A stretch of DNA of 64,000 nucleotides from Orbicella franksi (GCA_964199315.1 OZ116702.1:13640001-13704000), one strand, 5' to 3'. Positions 48,020 through 62,900 are shown, counted from the first letter of the stretch. Numbers and translations: made by a program. The notes: generated from the letters alone by a model not told the origin.

Positions 48020-51000
48020 ATGGCTTCATGTGGTTTTGCCACACTTGTTGGAGGATCGTGTGGATCTAGCGCAGACAATTCGGCAAATGTCCAGTGTGTG
48101 GTTGTGGGAAGCTGCGCAGAGTATTCAAGGCAACCTTCGAAATTTTCGTGTATTTGGAGACTGCTTTAGACTGTGAATTGGAGCTCATGCTTGCTCGAGC
48201 AGGTAAGAGAGTACATATCACTTGTATTTATCAAGCCAAATGCAAAGTGATTTTGATCATTGTAAATTAGTGTTATAATCTGCATTGTAAACCTTTAATG
48301 CGAGAGCCACACCTTGCAATAGGTGGCTGTGCATTCTGACTGTGCTGCACCTGTGAATTGTCATGCATAATGCACGACTGTCATGCACTATGTATGACTG
48401 TCACGCATAAATTCATACTATGAAGCTGTCTGGAATGCCATAATGTATGCCAGAGAATGTAGCCAAAGACGAGTTTGTCTATCATTATCAGAAATGTTAG
48501 ATCCCAAAACGAAAGGAAAAGGAAGAATTTTGAACGCACTCCGTAAAGTAGGGGATTGGGGAAAGGAGGACATCAGAGGGAGGGTAGGTAAGGCAAAAGC
48601 GTCGACATAATTTAACTTAGTTTAGTCTTTCACTTTCATCTTACAGGGACGTTTGATATTGACAACTTGCATCTTCAACTATTTGTCCAAGACATCGTGA
48701 CTCTTTCGGTGTCAGATGGCGATCTAATAAAATAAACTGTACTGCTTCGATTTCATGGTCTTCGGGGCACGTTCCTCAAAAAACTAAGTTAGTGTTGTGG
48801 GGAACCTTTTTCTTGTGAGGAATTGTTTCAACAAAGAGACAGGTTTGTTGACGAACCAAGTTTGTGGGCTGAGTCAACAGAACAGGAACTTAGAATCTTA
48901 TTAACATACATTTTTTGGAAAATCAAATCGGGGTCTTTCAGAAACCTTTCCCTGGGCTTATAGTTAGGAAGGTAATTTATACCAGGGCTCTTAAATTTTG
49001 ATGCAAAGTATGTTTGAGAGAGTTTTCTCGAGCAGACTGGTGCAGCAGTATCAAGCATACTGCAAACAGACCAAGTTTAAGCCCTTTGGAGCTGCCACAA
49101 TGTTACATATCCTGTCCGCCTGCCCCGCGACAGTAAGGAAGTCCCTTCAAGGACTTGACAATACAGCTGCAGCAGGTGCAAAGGGCTTTGATGACTTGAG
49201 CACCCTAACAGGGTGACTGGAGGAGATGGGTCTGTCAAAAGAATCTGCAAAATGCTGGGAAAGATCACTGAAAGAAAGTAAACAATGCCTAAAATCAAAT
49301 TTTAAGGTAAAGCACCTTCGTTTAGTAAAGGCAATTCTGTCTTACAAAAAGATTTTTATACATCGTCAGTGAATCCATATGCTGTATACGAAAAGATTTA
49401 ATTTGCATTACTCTTATGGAGAACAAGTCACAATTACAATTATCTACTAGAAAGAAAATGCGATGAATCAACATCTTCAACTTTTATTGAATATTAACTA
49501 AATATCAAAATATTGAAACTCACCTCCCTCTTCATATACTAAAATGTGACCCTCTTTAAGTAAGTTTTACCAGGGAAGGAAGAAATCGCATCATTCAAAG
49601 TGAAGTTTATGAAAAGAACATAACCATTTCTTTTCCAGGTCCATGTTTCGGAGAGCACTGCTGTTGCTGATCATTGCAGTACTTATGTGCTGAGTGATGT
49701 CTCTGATAGCCAACTACAAACCCCATGCCAACATGCACATGACCAGAGTTGCTCAGTGTGAAGATCTCTGAAGCGTCCTGCAGGAGATTGAAAGGTACTT
49801 GTTGAACGAGGCCCGTATGCCAGAGGAGGAATTAGAAGACCAGTTATACACATTCAAACAATCAGAAGAGGCTATTACATCTTGGAAAGCAAACCAACTT
49901 TGCAGTGTTCGGCAAGATCAAGCGAGAATTGACTGCTTGAATTTGCTTGATGAGGCTTCAGTACTCATAACCCAAGACTGGGCAATGAAATTTTTACCTG
50001 CTAAGTATCGCGAATCGCAGTGTGATCGGTTCAGAAAACGGGGACTCTCGTGGCATTTAAGAATAGTGGCGCAAAAAGTAGGAAGACTGCAAAGCCAGAC
50101 ATTTGTACATATCATCGAGAACTGTTTACAATATACATCTGCAGTTGTACGCATCTTAGAGCACACTTTGTGCAGTTAAATTCGAGCACTCAGAGATTAC
50201 ATCTGCCTTCCTCCACCAGCACAATGCTGGGTGTTATCACAACTCAGTGTTGCTAGCAACATGTAACGCAATGAAGTCCAAAACTGGTGTCAGAGTCTGT
50301 CGAGTCGACTTCAGCGGCCCACAAGGTGGAAAGGGAGCTTGCGACAGGAAAGCTGCCTATATAAAGGCCCACATCAGACGTCACATTAATGAACGTCATG
50401 ATGTGCAGAATGCCAAAGACTTCAAAGGCGCTATATTGTCTATTGGAGGTTTAAATGGCATACGGGTTGCCCTAGTTGATGCGGCCACTGAAGAAAAGTG
50501 TGTTCTTCCTTAAGTAAAGTTAGCAGGAGTAAGTTCCCTGAACAACTTCTAGTACAGCGAGCAAGGTGTTACTGTCTGGAGGGCGTTTCAGGTGGGACAA
50601 GGGAAACTAATCAACCAAAGCCAAATTGAAGGTACATATTGCACTCTTGTTCCACATAAGCAATGCAGTCTAAACAACTGAATTTGTTATTTTTACTTGA
50701 TGGAAACGGTAACTGTTGGCTGCTGTTTGTTGTAAAATGCAGGGGAACATAATCAGTTTTCAGGGGTTTGTTAAAGCTGTAATTAACACAACTTCTTTCC
50801 CAGGGTCTTGCAATTTTCAAGTTAAGTGGCTATTGAGTAAAATACCCTTGTAACGTCTGCTCATGTAAAGTCATGATCACATTATTCAAAACCCACATTA
50901 ACGGTGGAAATCTGAGGAGGAACAATTGTATTTAGCACATATCAAATAAACTGCCACAACTCAAACCCTCTCTCAGAATCTGGGACAGATAGTTGGGGTT

Positions 51001-51772
51001 TCCTATGGTTCATTAAGGTCATATGACTTGCCTATACAATGGCTGTCTATTGTTTGTCGCCTTTTGAAAACTACCCAAATGACCATTACAAAGAAATTAT
51101 CATACATGGCATGTATCAGCCAAAACAAACAGGCAAAAAAGGTATTAGAACACAGAAAAGGTTTCTACCTGCTGCATGCAAGTTAGAAGGTCATTTGGGA
51201 AGTTAAATGAGTAAGTAGCAAAACATTTTCATCACATGGTGAAATAAATCATTTTGCGTGGACTACATGGCGATTAATGCTCCATGATATCAACAGTCAG
51301 ACTTTTACAATGATGTAGGGTTCTGTTTCTTGCAGTTCCAAATTACTTGCAAAATTGTTCCTTCGAAGGAGGATTCTCCCAAAGAGACTTTGTTAGTGTC
51401 TCACAAGAAAGGTCAAAAAAAGGACTTACAAAAGAGGGCGTTCGCTCAAAGATATACTTGTGAGAGCCAAACTATAAAAGGCTAAAACACGCGCTTGAGA
51501 GTCGTGCAGGCCTGTCAACCCCATTTTACCCAATTGATGTCACACGACAAGCCATACTTCAAGAAGTACAGTTGCGGCATCCAATTGTACATGATAACCT
51601 AGACATCTGTGCCTTGTACAAAGAAAAGCGACTGAAGCAGTTCAGCGTTGCTATGCTTTGTATTGCATGCAACTACTTTGACATAGCAACGGAAGGTTTT
51701 AATAACAAATGCAAGGCAGAATACATAGATGCTTTAAGTGGACTTGTTTTAGCTTGCGATTGTAATGAGTAA
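48020..51772 (+). pseudogene. Spliced Sola3 transposase remnant
   Basis: MASCGFATLVGGSCG; TICPRHR; SACPATVRKSLQGLD; QDWAMKFLP...KRGLSWH (D 49976-49978); QHNAGCYHN (second catalytic Asp changed to His, 50220-50222); GGKGACDRKAA (D 50343-50345); C-terminus HPIVHDNLDICAL...LACDCNE*. Confidence 0.8.
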
Positions 51773-51957
51773 TTAAGCAAAACTGGAAATATGTATACCA
51801 TATGCACCCATGTCGTTTTGATGTATCAGAGGACAGGGAACATCTCACTAGCTAGTGAAGATAGGGCGAAATAATAATTCGCAAGTGAAGCGATCTGAAC
51901 CTGGCCAAGCCGAGAGTAACATCTAATGAGTACGGGCTCCACTGGCCTCCTTATGTC

Positions 51958-52081
51958 TAGCCTGCGAGCATGTGTAAAACCAGGCAGTGGGAGAGATTGC
52001 GCCGATGGAAGCTCAGGACGGGACACTGGTTTTTGCCTCCCCTGCACCTCCTTTTCCTGTTTACGCCTGCAATGCAGGCTA
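51958..52081. mobile_element. Small MITE inside the Sola3 element
   Basis: TAGCCTGC ... GCAGGCTA ends. Confidence 0.55.
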
Positions 52082-55000
52082 ACCAATTCTTTTCGCCCCA
52101 TACTCCACTTAACATATTTTTCAGAGAGTAACGTATGGCTCATATTTTACTCACTTTTAGTACGACAAACAAGTCGGTCGCAAAAGTCTTAACAGCTTAG
52201 ACAAGGAAGTGTGTTCGCAAATGTAAGAGAACAGAATGTGTTGTCTTAATTGGTTTTACATTCATCATGTCAATGAAACAGAAATACCTTATTAGGTGTT
52301 TCAATAGGTATTTTGCACTTTAAGAGCAGAATTTTAGCTGTAGAACAGGGGCATGGAGTGGGGGAATTTGGAAGAATTTACCAAAGGAACTGAAACTATT
52401 GAATCATATAATTATTTTTCGAGTATAATAATTTGTGTCAAAATCGAAGTATTCTAGAACGTTGATTACCAGGTCTACTACAATTAACATAATCAGTACG
52501 TGTTGGAGCAATAGTAATGAGCTCCAGGTAGGACAGAACCATGTGTAAATGTTACATCCAGAAATAATATCTCACCTATGTGCAGCTTTCAAGAGGCTGA
52601 ACTGTCACGTAGGAATTCATCAGCTACTAGGAACTATTATAATAGTATTTAACACAATTGGCGGGTCAAAACAGGGGTTGTGAAAATATAATTGTAATGA
52701 TGACATCGACTGATAACCGAATGAAAAACAACACCAATCGAATCATTTATTAGCTTGGCTTCCCTGTGTCAACTGGTTAATATGTAACCTGGCAACAACA
52801 GTTCCTTGTGCATCATTCACGCCACACAAAGTAGCTCCAAGACGTTGGCAGCAATGACACCATTTCTTATCAAGATAGGTGAGATTAAGGTAAGAAATAA
52901 CTCCAAGTTTTATTCAGCTATTTGTTCTAATAGTTTTTCTAAAGATTTTTCTCAAAAACAATTTATAAACTGGCATTTTGTTGCGTGCATTGTCTGTGCT
53001 GGCCAAATGTTTAATTAATTATTCAAAATAAGCCTTTGCCAAATGTACTCGTTTGCGGCTAGAAACTGTCTTTAAATTACTATCACTGATATCTGGAGGC
53101 TTAAAACAACTATTTTACCAGAGGTAAGATCCCCAGGTGAACATTTCAGGGTCAATGTTCGAGATAATAATAGCGGTGTGAAAGTTCAAAATATTGAGAT
53201 ATCAAGTGCCCGGTTTGAAGACGCTGTCAAATTTTTGTGTTTTACTTACCCAAGCTAGATTTGCGATAAAAAGTAAGACAAAGTGATACGTTTATCCCGA
53301 AAAATAGTTTTGGGAGGTAAATCCATGTACCAGATTGACTTTTTGGTCCACGAATTTGACCTAAATTTAGACGTGACACGACATTGCCGTGGTGTATAAT
53401 TTTGAAAAATTGTCAAAAATTCAGGTTCATATTACACGTGAATCTGACAACATGAAATGAGTACTAAAACATTGTATTTCAATAATATGGGTTAGCTTTT
53501 CCAGCTATGCACAATATTTTGGCTTGCTAGCCTTCGAAAAAAGTGTAAAGTTTAGCTCTTTTAGGGGTAAAATACAAAAGGCGGCCTGGAGAAAATAAAA
53601 ATCCAAACCTCAAAGTTACAGTTTTGAAACAAGTTAGTAAAAACCTTTTTCCTGACCAATTTTCAGAAAATCGATTTTTTTCAATCTTGCATAGGTATAG
53701 GTGACCCGTACAGCAAGTCGCTGTTAATCTACATATTGTGTTTACATGAAACGAAGCGTGTTTTTCATAACTCACATGATAAAAACCCGTGGCAAACATT
53801 TGCTGGAATTTTGAGTTATGAATGTTTACTATGACAATACTGTGGTGTACTTCCCCGGCAAATTGAATTGTTTTTCTCATCACTCATGCAACTCGTAAAG
53901 CAAGATCAAGAGCAAAGGTTTGTGTAAGAAAAATATTTGGCATTGCAATGTGACAACCCAAATAACAGCGCTGCTGCAACAGACACTATACAAAAGAACG
54001 CCTAAGAAAACCTAACTCATTGGAAATGTTAAAAACAGTAAGATCTTCGTTGAAGACCAAGAAAGTTCTGATTATTAGCTTCAAAATAAAATTGAATCTT
54101 TCAGATATGTGCTTACAAAGATTTGATCCACTGAAATTTGATACAAAACATGCACTGAAAATTATGTTGTTTTGATTGTTGTGCTTTAAACTGGTGTGGT
54201 GTAAAGGGTTTCTTTTTCAGCATTTCTCTCTCAACAGTCTTGAAAATTAACTTTTTTAGTAACTGCTGTTTTGTCAAGTTACAAAGCGGATTGACAGTAT
54301 TAAATCTATAATTTTCATATTGCAAATAATTCAATATGCATCCTTGAGGTAAGTGACGTACCTTCTGGTGATGTCTTGGTCACAGTATTCACCAAATTTT
54401 TCCGAAAAAAAGGTAAGGATCAAAATTCAGTACCTTGCACTAAAAAAATAGTTTATTTTTGGCTTCCACAAGGAATGATAATATTCTCAGCGGGTGTGCC
54501 ACAAAAATGGAATTTGCGGAGGGGACAGGGGTCCATTTTGTGAGCTGATTTTGAAAAAACCAGAAGGGAGGGGGGTCATAGGAAAAATCCCCTCCCTGGG
54601 GTGGTATGGATATTTTCTGGAACTACACATTATGTCACATGTCATAAATGGTGTGCTGTGAAGGATTAGTTCAAATGCACTTGTAAAGAAGGGCAATTAG
54701 AGATGTGATGTGGATCAAATATATTCTGGCAGCTTTTCCATGATCATGACAGCACATATCTACAGGGAAAGTTACACTGCACATGCACATCATTGAAGTC
54801 TTCTGTGGGTGTTAATGTGTCTGTTAAGGCTTGGTCCGTGCAAGGGAGAATCAATAGGAGAGAGCAAAACTAAATGGCATGTTCATTATCAGAGCCTGAT
54901 AAGAGGATTGTTTGTTGCATGCATACCTGAACATACATTATACAGTTTGAATAAAGTAGCCATTCAGGGCACTTGATGGAGAAGTGCACCATCAAGCTCA

Positions 55001-56070
55001 GTTTGTGCAAAATAAGTTACTTCATTAAATTAGAAACCATTGTCTCCGCCTCCCAGTCAAGCAGTCATTCTCCAAGATGTGAATAATAATCTTTCACTAA
55101 TGACACATTCATTTCATGACAATTCCTGGTGGTAATGGATTTTCCAATTTGATTTTCACTTTGCTACTTTACTGCTGGGGAAGAGGTTATGAAGCACAAT
55201 GTAACTAAACATTGTTTTAAGGTCCACTCATTTCCAAGCAAAACAAGATCAGGTAAAGAAAAAGTGGTTATAGACTGAGAATATGACCAATATGAACATT
55301 CCTTACTTAATTATTAATGATTTAATTATTAATGATTTAATTATTAATTTATTTTTTAATTCATTTATCTATTTCATTCATTACCAGTAACTTGGATGTT
55401 CAAGTCATGCAAGACTGTTGTCACAGGTTTAGGCCCTGTTCTTGTTCTTTGACAGCAGCAGCACTTCCAAAGAATGCTGCTTCTATGGATTCATGCAATA
55501 ATCGAGCCCATGCAATATGTTCGTAGGTGACAACATAGGAGTAACTTGAACCAAGCCATCCACTCAGACTACCCAAAGGGTCCATGAGGTCAAAGTAAGA
55601 ATGTAAGATAAATAATAGTAATTCTTTATTTATTTCTATTATGTTTTAATTAGTAGAAGGTTTTTTCCAAATTATTCAAAAAAGCCTCACTGCATTAATG
55701 GGAAGGCAAAGATTCTCAGTCTCAACAGGAACAGTTTGACAAAATTGGATTAGCCTCTACCAGAGGTAGAGCTAAAACATCTCAATGCCACAATTGACAC
55801 CCTTCACCAAGAACAACACTGTTGAAATCACTGCACGCATGAAAAGAAGAATATCAATACAACCAACCAAGCCAGCTAAGCCTCTTTAGTGGACCATTTA
55901 GTCACCTCAACAACTCATCTCTATCAGTCCTTCCACACAATCAGCAACTGAAGAAATCTACACAATAGGTGCCTGTTCTATAATGGCTTTGACTATTCTT
56001 TTTGCTTGCAGTTTACCCCACGAGTGTACAATCTATTTTGATTGCCTATTTCCATACGATCCACCTGGTA

Positions 56071-59000
56071 TACACCAATGTACCGGTGAATTGTAATATT
56101 TTTTGTCAAGATACGAATATAGATATTACGACAAGATATCACGATATTAAAATATTGCAATTCTTCATGAATAAAAAATTCAACATTCAGAAATAACTGT
56201 CTTATATGACTCTCTACTCAAGTCCAAGACCTTTCAGAGCTATTTATTAAACAAAGGGGCCCGGGAAAGGGAAAAAAGTTCCATCTTTGCTTTGTATTGC
56301 TTTACATGCTTCCAATCAAATCTTTGAAGATGTCATCCAGAAAAACTGATTAAGATCTAGAACCGGCACCATTGTCATTCAAATCCAAAGTCTGGAGAGA
56401 CTTTGCATTCAAGGTATTTTATGACAAAGGTGTGAGAAAGGTTGTAACACAAATTGTCGTCTACCGCTATTGTTTCTCTGAACTACAATACACTGGCTCA
56501 ATGACCAATATGAGTTTTCATGTCCAAGGACATCATCCATCAAGTGTCCCAGCAGTGTTCAAGTGGTGCAGCCTCCTTCCCAAGTCAGTCAAAAGCAGTT
56601 TCATCTCAGTTCAAGTTAAGTAGCTTCATGAGGAACAGTACCTTCGTGGAATTAACTCACCCCACTCTCAGAACATTTCCAGGCATATCGGAATATTTAT
56701 CTCTCACAATCTCCCATCATTCAGTATTGTTCAAAAGTCCAGCTTTATAAAGCTGCTTCCTTCAAGTTTTAGAGCCCAGATATAAAGTGCCGTCATGAAC
56801 ATATTTCGGCAAAATATCGATTCCATCATGATATGACAAAGTGGAGAAGGATGTCTGTATGAAAATATCAAAAGCAGTTTCTGTTGCCTTTACAACTGGT
56901 AGCTGGACCTCAAAGGCAACTGAATCATACATTACTACCACTGCCCATTACATTTCCCATGAGTGGAAGCTTCAAAATAAAGTGTTGGAGACCAAGACCT
57001 TGCCATACTGCCAATTTTATATCAAGATAGGTTAAATTAAGGTAAGAAATCACTTCAACTATTTCATCTACTATGTATTCCACTAGTTTCTCAAAGATTA
57101 CTCTCGATGCTGATTTATTATCTGATATTTCGTTGCGTGTGTCGTCTCTAGTCGCCAACTGCTAAATGTATGATTTCTTATTCAAAATAAACATCTGCTT
57201 AAAATGCTCGTTTGCAGCCTGATACGTATTTTCAATTACAGTAACCAATCTTAAGGACCTAAAGACTATTTTAGTGGAGATAAGACCCACAGGCAAACAT
57301 TTCTGGATCAATGTTGTGATCCTGGTGTGAAAGGTCAAAGTGTCAGGCAATTAACACAAGGGCCTAGTCTTCGAGACGCTCTCAATTTTTTGGGTGTTGT
57401 TTACCCAAGCTAGATTTGCGGTAAAAAGGTAGCTTAAGGGATACTTTTAACCAGAAAAATAGTTTGGGCAGGTGAATCCATGTACCAGATTGACTTTCTG
57501 GTCCACAAAATTCACCGAAATTTTGACATGATGCAACATCATCAGAGCGTATAATTTTAAAAATTTGCTAAAAATTCAGGTTTAAATTTCATGCTTATCT
57601 GACAACATTAAATAACTGCTCAAAGATTTTATTTAAAGATAACATTTTAGTACTATGGGTTAGCTTTTTCAGTTACGCTTATTATTTTGGCTTGCTAGTG
57701 TTCAGAAAAAGTGTAATTTTCGGGTCAAGTTTTGCTCTTTTCGGGGCAGAATATGTAAGGCCGTCTCCACAAGAAAACAAAAATCCAAACAACCTCCAAG
57801 GTACAGTTTTGAAATAAGTAAAAGCCTTGTTCCTGACAAAGTTTCAGAAAATTGAATTTTTCTATCCTGCATAGGTAAAGGTGACCATTAGAGAAATCTG
57901 CTCTTAAGAACACTATCTTGAATGCTACAGTACAACGCTTATATGAGATGTCAAGTAGGCTATTCATAGTAATTAATTTTGCTGCCAAGGTATGAGGATA
58001 TCAAGCTCTGAGTGTTTTGCATCAAGGTCACAGCAATTGATCCAAGGTTTCACTCTCTACCGTTCATCAGTGATGAAGAGCAAGTGCATGTGTTTGCTGA
58101 AGTAGCAGTGAAAGTGGAGACCATTAAAAGGGTTGTGGACACCCCATCTACATCAGGTAATTACTCCATTACATTCTATAGCAACATTTTAATATATTCC
58201 AGGTACGGTAAATATTTTTTTTAAACACCTCACAAATCAACAAGTGACAAACTATGAAAAGAGAATTCTTTAATGCATAAATCCGATCATTCGCAGGTCA
58301 AAGCTGAACCAGGTAAACCCTCCTGAAGTAACTGATTGCCTTCCTCAGCTCCCTAGCCTGCTTTCTTTGCCCAACCCTGCATCAACTGACTGTCCCGGCA
58401 AGACAAACCAGAGAAACTAAAGGACCCTGACTCCCTCCATGCAAGAAGACTGCCATGTCAGAGCTTATGTGTTCATTACCAATGTAGTGTCAGAGCATTC
58501 ACTCCAGCAACAAATTCAAGACGAGCTGAGCAGATTCAAAGCCGAGCTATGTATTCCTCCAGAAGGTAACCATTTAGAATGGTGGAAGTGCAATGAGGTC
58601 AAGTACCCTCACTTGGCAATATTTGCTAAGTGTGTACTGGCCATCCCGGCCAACTTCAGTACCAAGTGAAATAATTTTTCCAACTTTTGGGGACGTTGTT
58701 AATGCTCAGGGAGCATGCCTTAGCCCTGAGAATGTAAACATTGCGGCTTTAGACAAAGTATGGACAGCTATAGAAAAAGTCTGTTTAAGTAGACATTTTT
58801 CATTTACCAGTTCTTGAATTTTAATCATTCTATTGACATTTTATTGTGAACAAGTTTTGTCTAAAATCGTGCCTTCAAGTTGTGCAAGAAGTAGTCAAGC
58901 AGACATTTCTCATTTTGTTAATTTCAATCACTGATTTTTAGAGACAGCTGTTAAATCAGTAAAACAAATATTGTTTTGAGTCTATAACACTACTATTGTA

Positions 59001-59177
59001 CTCTGTTATTGGTGTTATTTATTATCATGCTAGGTTTTTTATAAATGGAAATAATAATTTCAAAACAGTCAAGTAAGAATAAGATTGCATCACCTGTCAG
59101 TTGTATCATGTATTGTATCATGGCACTTGTATCAAGATATGTATCATATTGTGAGAGATTGTATCGTTGCAGCCCTA
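56071..59177 (+). mobile_element. Decayed hAT (Ac/ZBED1-like) transposon, centre replaced by a solo Sola3 TIR
   Basis: BED finger KSKVWRDF...H..GHHP; VAFTTGSWTS...YITTTAHYI...KVLETK; TAIDPRF; dimerisation domain LEWWKCNE.KYPHLA.FAK.VLAIPA. 3' end GTATCGTTGCAGCCCTA with decayed GATAC subterminal repeats. The 5' TIR is lost. Confidence 0.8.
57011..57903 (+). repeat. Solo right-hand TIR of a related Sola3 subfamily
   Basis: Collinear, diverged similarity to 52860-53723; ends GAAATCTGCTC|TTAA (TTAA at 57904-57907). Confidence 0.85.
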
Positions 59178-59354
59178 GAAAACGGCTTCTTCCTGTTTTC
59201 GCACACTGTAACTATTTGGCAGTTACTTTAATCTGGCACCTCTGAGGGTGTTTTTTCTGTCCTTGTAATTTTCCTGATCTCATATAACTCTGTATGAGGT
59301 TAGCATTGTGATCTAACATCCTTTGTTGTATAGTTCATTTCTTCTCACTGAATC

Positions 59355-59980
59355 ATGCCGCCTAAGAAGCATACTGTTGGCCCTCAAGCTTATTCAAGCG
59401 TCTTTACCCATTGCTGCCTGCATCTGATCTCATAACAGTGCAAGATCTTCAGCCTCCCCCAGTCCCAGGGATGACCCAGATGAATCTTCAGGCGCTCACT
59501 AACGCAATTGCCACTGCTGCATCTAAAGCTGTGAAGCATGCCATGGCTGTGCTGCATCAAGTGAGTATCCCTGACCACAACCAAACTGCAATTGGACAAG
59601 CTGAGCATTTGGTGGACAAGGAGATTACTAATCTTACTCAAACAACAGGTACGCAAGGTGCAGATACACCACTTTCTACCTTGCGTGCTGGGGATCAACC
59701 CCACCAGCACTTTACCAGCATCGGTATAAACATAGATGCTTAGGTGCGCAAAAATGAAAACAAACATTTGGGCTCACAAATAACCATATTTTGGGGTGTT
59801 ACTGTAAGTAGCTCCTCCCTGTGAAAGGTATTCCTAATCTATGACCTTCACTAGAGGTGTCTCAAGTCTACCTTAGCTAACCCTCGAACATTAATTTACT
59901 GACCGAACTCTCCCAGTTTTATCTTGCCTTTCTTTGGTATTTTAACCCATACAGGCATTAAGGATCATAACTAACAAGGG
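59355..59980 (+). pseudogene. Ngaro/DIRS ORF1 (gag-like) remnant
   Basis: MPPKKH...; HFTSIGINIDA*VRK.. resembles the F.SI...LD..V..K.K.KIW motif. Confidence 0.4.
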
Positions 59981-62900
59981 AGTCAAGGCCACTTGCCACT
60001 GTTTTAAGCAAAACAGCTTACATTAACATATTTTAAATTTCACACGCACATTGCAGCAGTCAGCATCATGCCACAGGAGTTTTTAATCAAACTTTGGAAA
60101 GTAAACATCTCTGTTTCACCATACAATAAAAATATAATCACCAACCAAATGGCACTGGAGAAAGTACTTCTTAACATCACCAGTGGTTTGTTATGAATAC
60201 AGAGTTCAGCTCATAATGTTCACTCAAAGAGCACGCTCAGTTGTTGATGTTGTTGTCAGAAAAATCTACATTATACAAGAGAAAATACTTTCCCAAACAG
60301 TTTGAAGACTTTAAAAGACAGATAGCTATTGTTGTGACATCAAGAGTACAAGTTATGATCAAAATGATGTTCTAACAATTGAAGTTTTTGCTCTCAAGAC
60401 CAACGTGCTGACCAAGAAGTGCTTTGTTTCTAATACACGTATGTCTACCGCTCTGATCTTCCACATGGTGCCTCTTGTATGAATTTCATTAGTTGATGAT
60501 TTTGTCTTTGGTACTGGTCTTTTCAATACCAAATGGAGCCCAACAATTCTTCTTTAACAATACATTTATCACACACTAGGTATAGGAAACTATAACAGCA
60601 GGCTTTTCAGTTCCTTTTCTGTTAGCTTTTGGCAGCCTAGAGTATTGGAGAATGTTATATGCTTTTTGTGCCTCGAAACATTTTCTTAAGTGTTCATATG
60701 AATAGACTTGACAACATTTGACCTTGACATCAGCAATGCTGTTTTCCTATTCATTAACAGTTTGGGAACAAAGACAGTGAGGGCCCGTTTCACGAAAAGG
60801 CCTAATGCTAGAAACCTGCCATTCAGGAAAGAATGAGTGAGGATCTCTGGGATTACCTGAAACCAAAGACACCTCCATAAGCATAGTCCTTTTTTTTGGA
60901 ATTATGATTTTTACATTTATTACTCCCCATTCCACCAACACATCTTTAAAGAAGCTCTCCACATGACCACACAAATTTATTGCAAGATGTCCCCAAAAGA
61001 ACCAGAGTGTTTCATCTTTTCCATTTCATTTCCTTCCCTAATTAGTTGTTAACCATTTAAAAAAAACTTTTGGAACTCCCTTCCCAATCCACCATAGTAT
61101 ATATTTGTTCCTATTACACTAATTAACACATTTATTTGTTTCATGTCAGGTCCACACAGAGACAATGGCACACCTTCATGGACCCACATGGTCTGGCCTA
61201 ATTAACACTACTGACCATAACATAGACCGGTATTATCTACCGGAATGAAAATATTTTTTAAATGAAACAATGAAATCTCAACATTCAAAGTGCTTTATTG
61301 TTCCAAATCTTATTTTACTCCCAATAAACTTTTTATCTTTCCTATTATTTACATACTGTTAATAAGGTTTGTTTACAACAGACCCGCAGGGCTAAGCAAG
61401 TTGCCCACATTTAAGAACTCATTGAAACTCCAGCCTCCCTCCATGGGTCCTGTTTTCTTACTCCAGTAATAACATTTAAGACTGAATTTTTTTTGTTTTT
61501 TTTTTTTAAATAGAGGGGAGGCAAGGGGGAGGGGGGGGGGGGGCTCAAACCCTGTTTGCCCTACACCTAGGCAGGCATAAAAACTTGGAATTCTGTGGAA
61601 ATACTTTTAGACAAAGGAGGTATGCCATCACTTGTAAACATTTTATTTCATAAATAACCATAATATAATTATGTGATGCTGTTGTGTAAATTTACAGTTC
61701 AACATTATGGTGATTGCTATAAAATTATTTTCCTCAGCAGTAATTCAAGGGAGAACAAGATCCAGATTGATGCCATTGTTGGACTACCGAACTCACTGGT
61801 TGGTGGACTCCATAATAACTTGGTCTTATCAGAAGCAATCCATTCTAAACTTTTACAAAGCCTGTTCAATGGAAATAATATTAAGCTGGCATAGTCATAT
61901 TGGTTTACAATACTACATCATCTTCGCAAATTATAAACCCAGACCCCAACCTCCTAATTTAACCTACATTGGCTATGAAAGACAGCAAGCTAACCATTAA
62001 ACAAGCCCAAGAAATCAAGGAGACATTACAGCAGCAGAAACAAGAGCTTTTCAAGCCATCAACTATAAAGCTAAAACCATGCACCATGCACCAAGGAGCA
62101 GTTTGCCAATATTGAGGAAACATTATGAACGATTTCCAACCTCAAAAGCAAATTACAAACTGTCAGACACAACATTCAAAACCCACACAAAGAACTTGCA
62201 AAAGAGCACATTAGTTCTGCCTTGCCAATGCAGTAAGTAGACACAAAGGAAAACAGGCTCATGATAATGCTGAAATACCCAAGAAAAGAAAAATCAAAGT
62301 GTAAGGCAAGATCTACTCAACAAGCTCTGCTGCAGCAAAGAAGTCACGGTGGAAGTTGTAGCAGAAGACAATTATGGTGACCTGAAGTTGAAGAGAGCAT
62401 TGGAAGCTGGGGAAGCTAATTTAGCTTTCCTTAATACCACACTTCATTCTCTCTCCCACTACAAAGCCCTTTTGCGAAGATGATGTCCGATTTTAAATTT
62501 TAAATCTTAATTTTTTATAAATTATGAAAGTATATTATGTGTTGTATTAGATTGCTTTCATGTCTAATTATCCATTTGATATATTTTGGCCACTCAAAAC
62601 AGAAGGCGAAACAATATACAGAAAACCTCAAAATTCTACCTTTTCCTGGGTTAGCTTAATCGGTCTCTGAACAACCCGGCCCAGGAGATACACTTTTAGG
62701 CTGGCCATAATCTATATATTATAGCCTTAAAACTGGAAAATGCAAGGGCACAACAGGGTCTTTCATTAACATGTCAAATAACTCGTCTTTTTTTTTTTTT
62801 TTTTGCGAACCCAGACCGTTTTATTGTCCTTAAAACAGATATTTTTCTTTGCTTAGATCCATCAATATGTGAGCCATGAAAATATTTCGCGTCTGGAGGT

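Larger units (their letters stand above)
46649..53723 (+). mobile_element. Sola3 DNA transposon with ~970-bp TIRs (old, internally deleted)
   Basis: TTAA|GAGCGACTTGCTG ... CAGCAAGTCGCTG|TTAA; TIRs at about 46649-47625 and 52754-53723, visibly diverged from each other. Long TIRs, GAG termini and a TTAA target are the recognised Sola3 signature. Confidence 0.85.

Noticed and set aside
60000-62500. Possible LINE/PLE remnants
   Set aside because: Too degraded; no diagnostic motif could be read with confidence.
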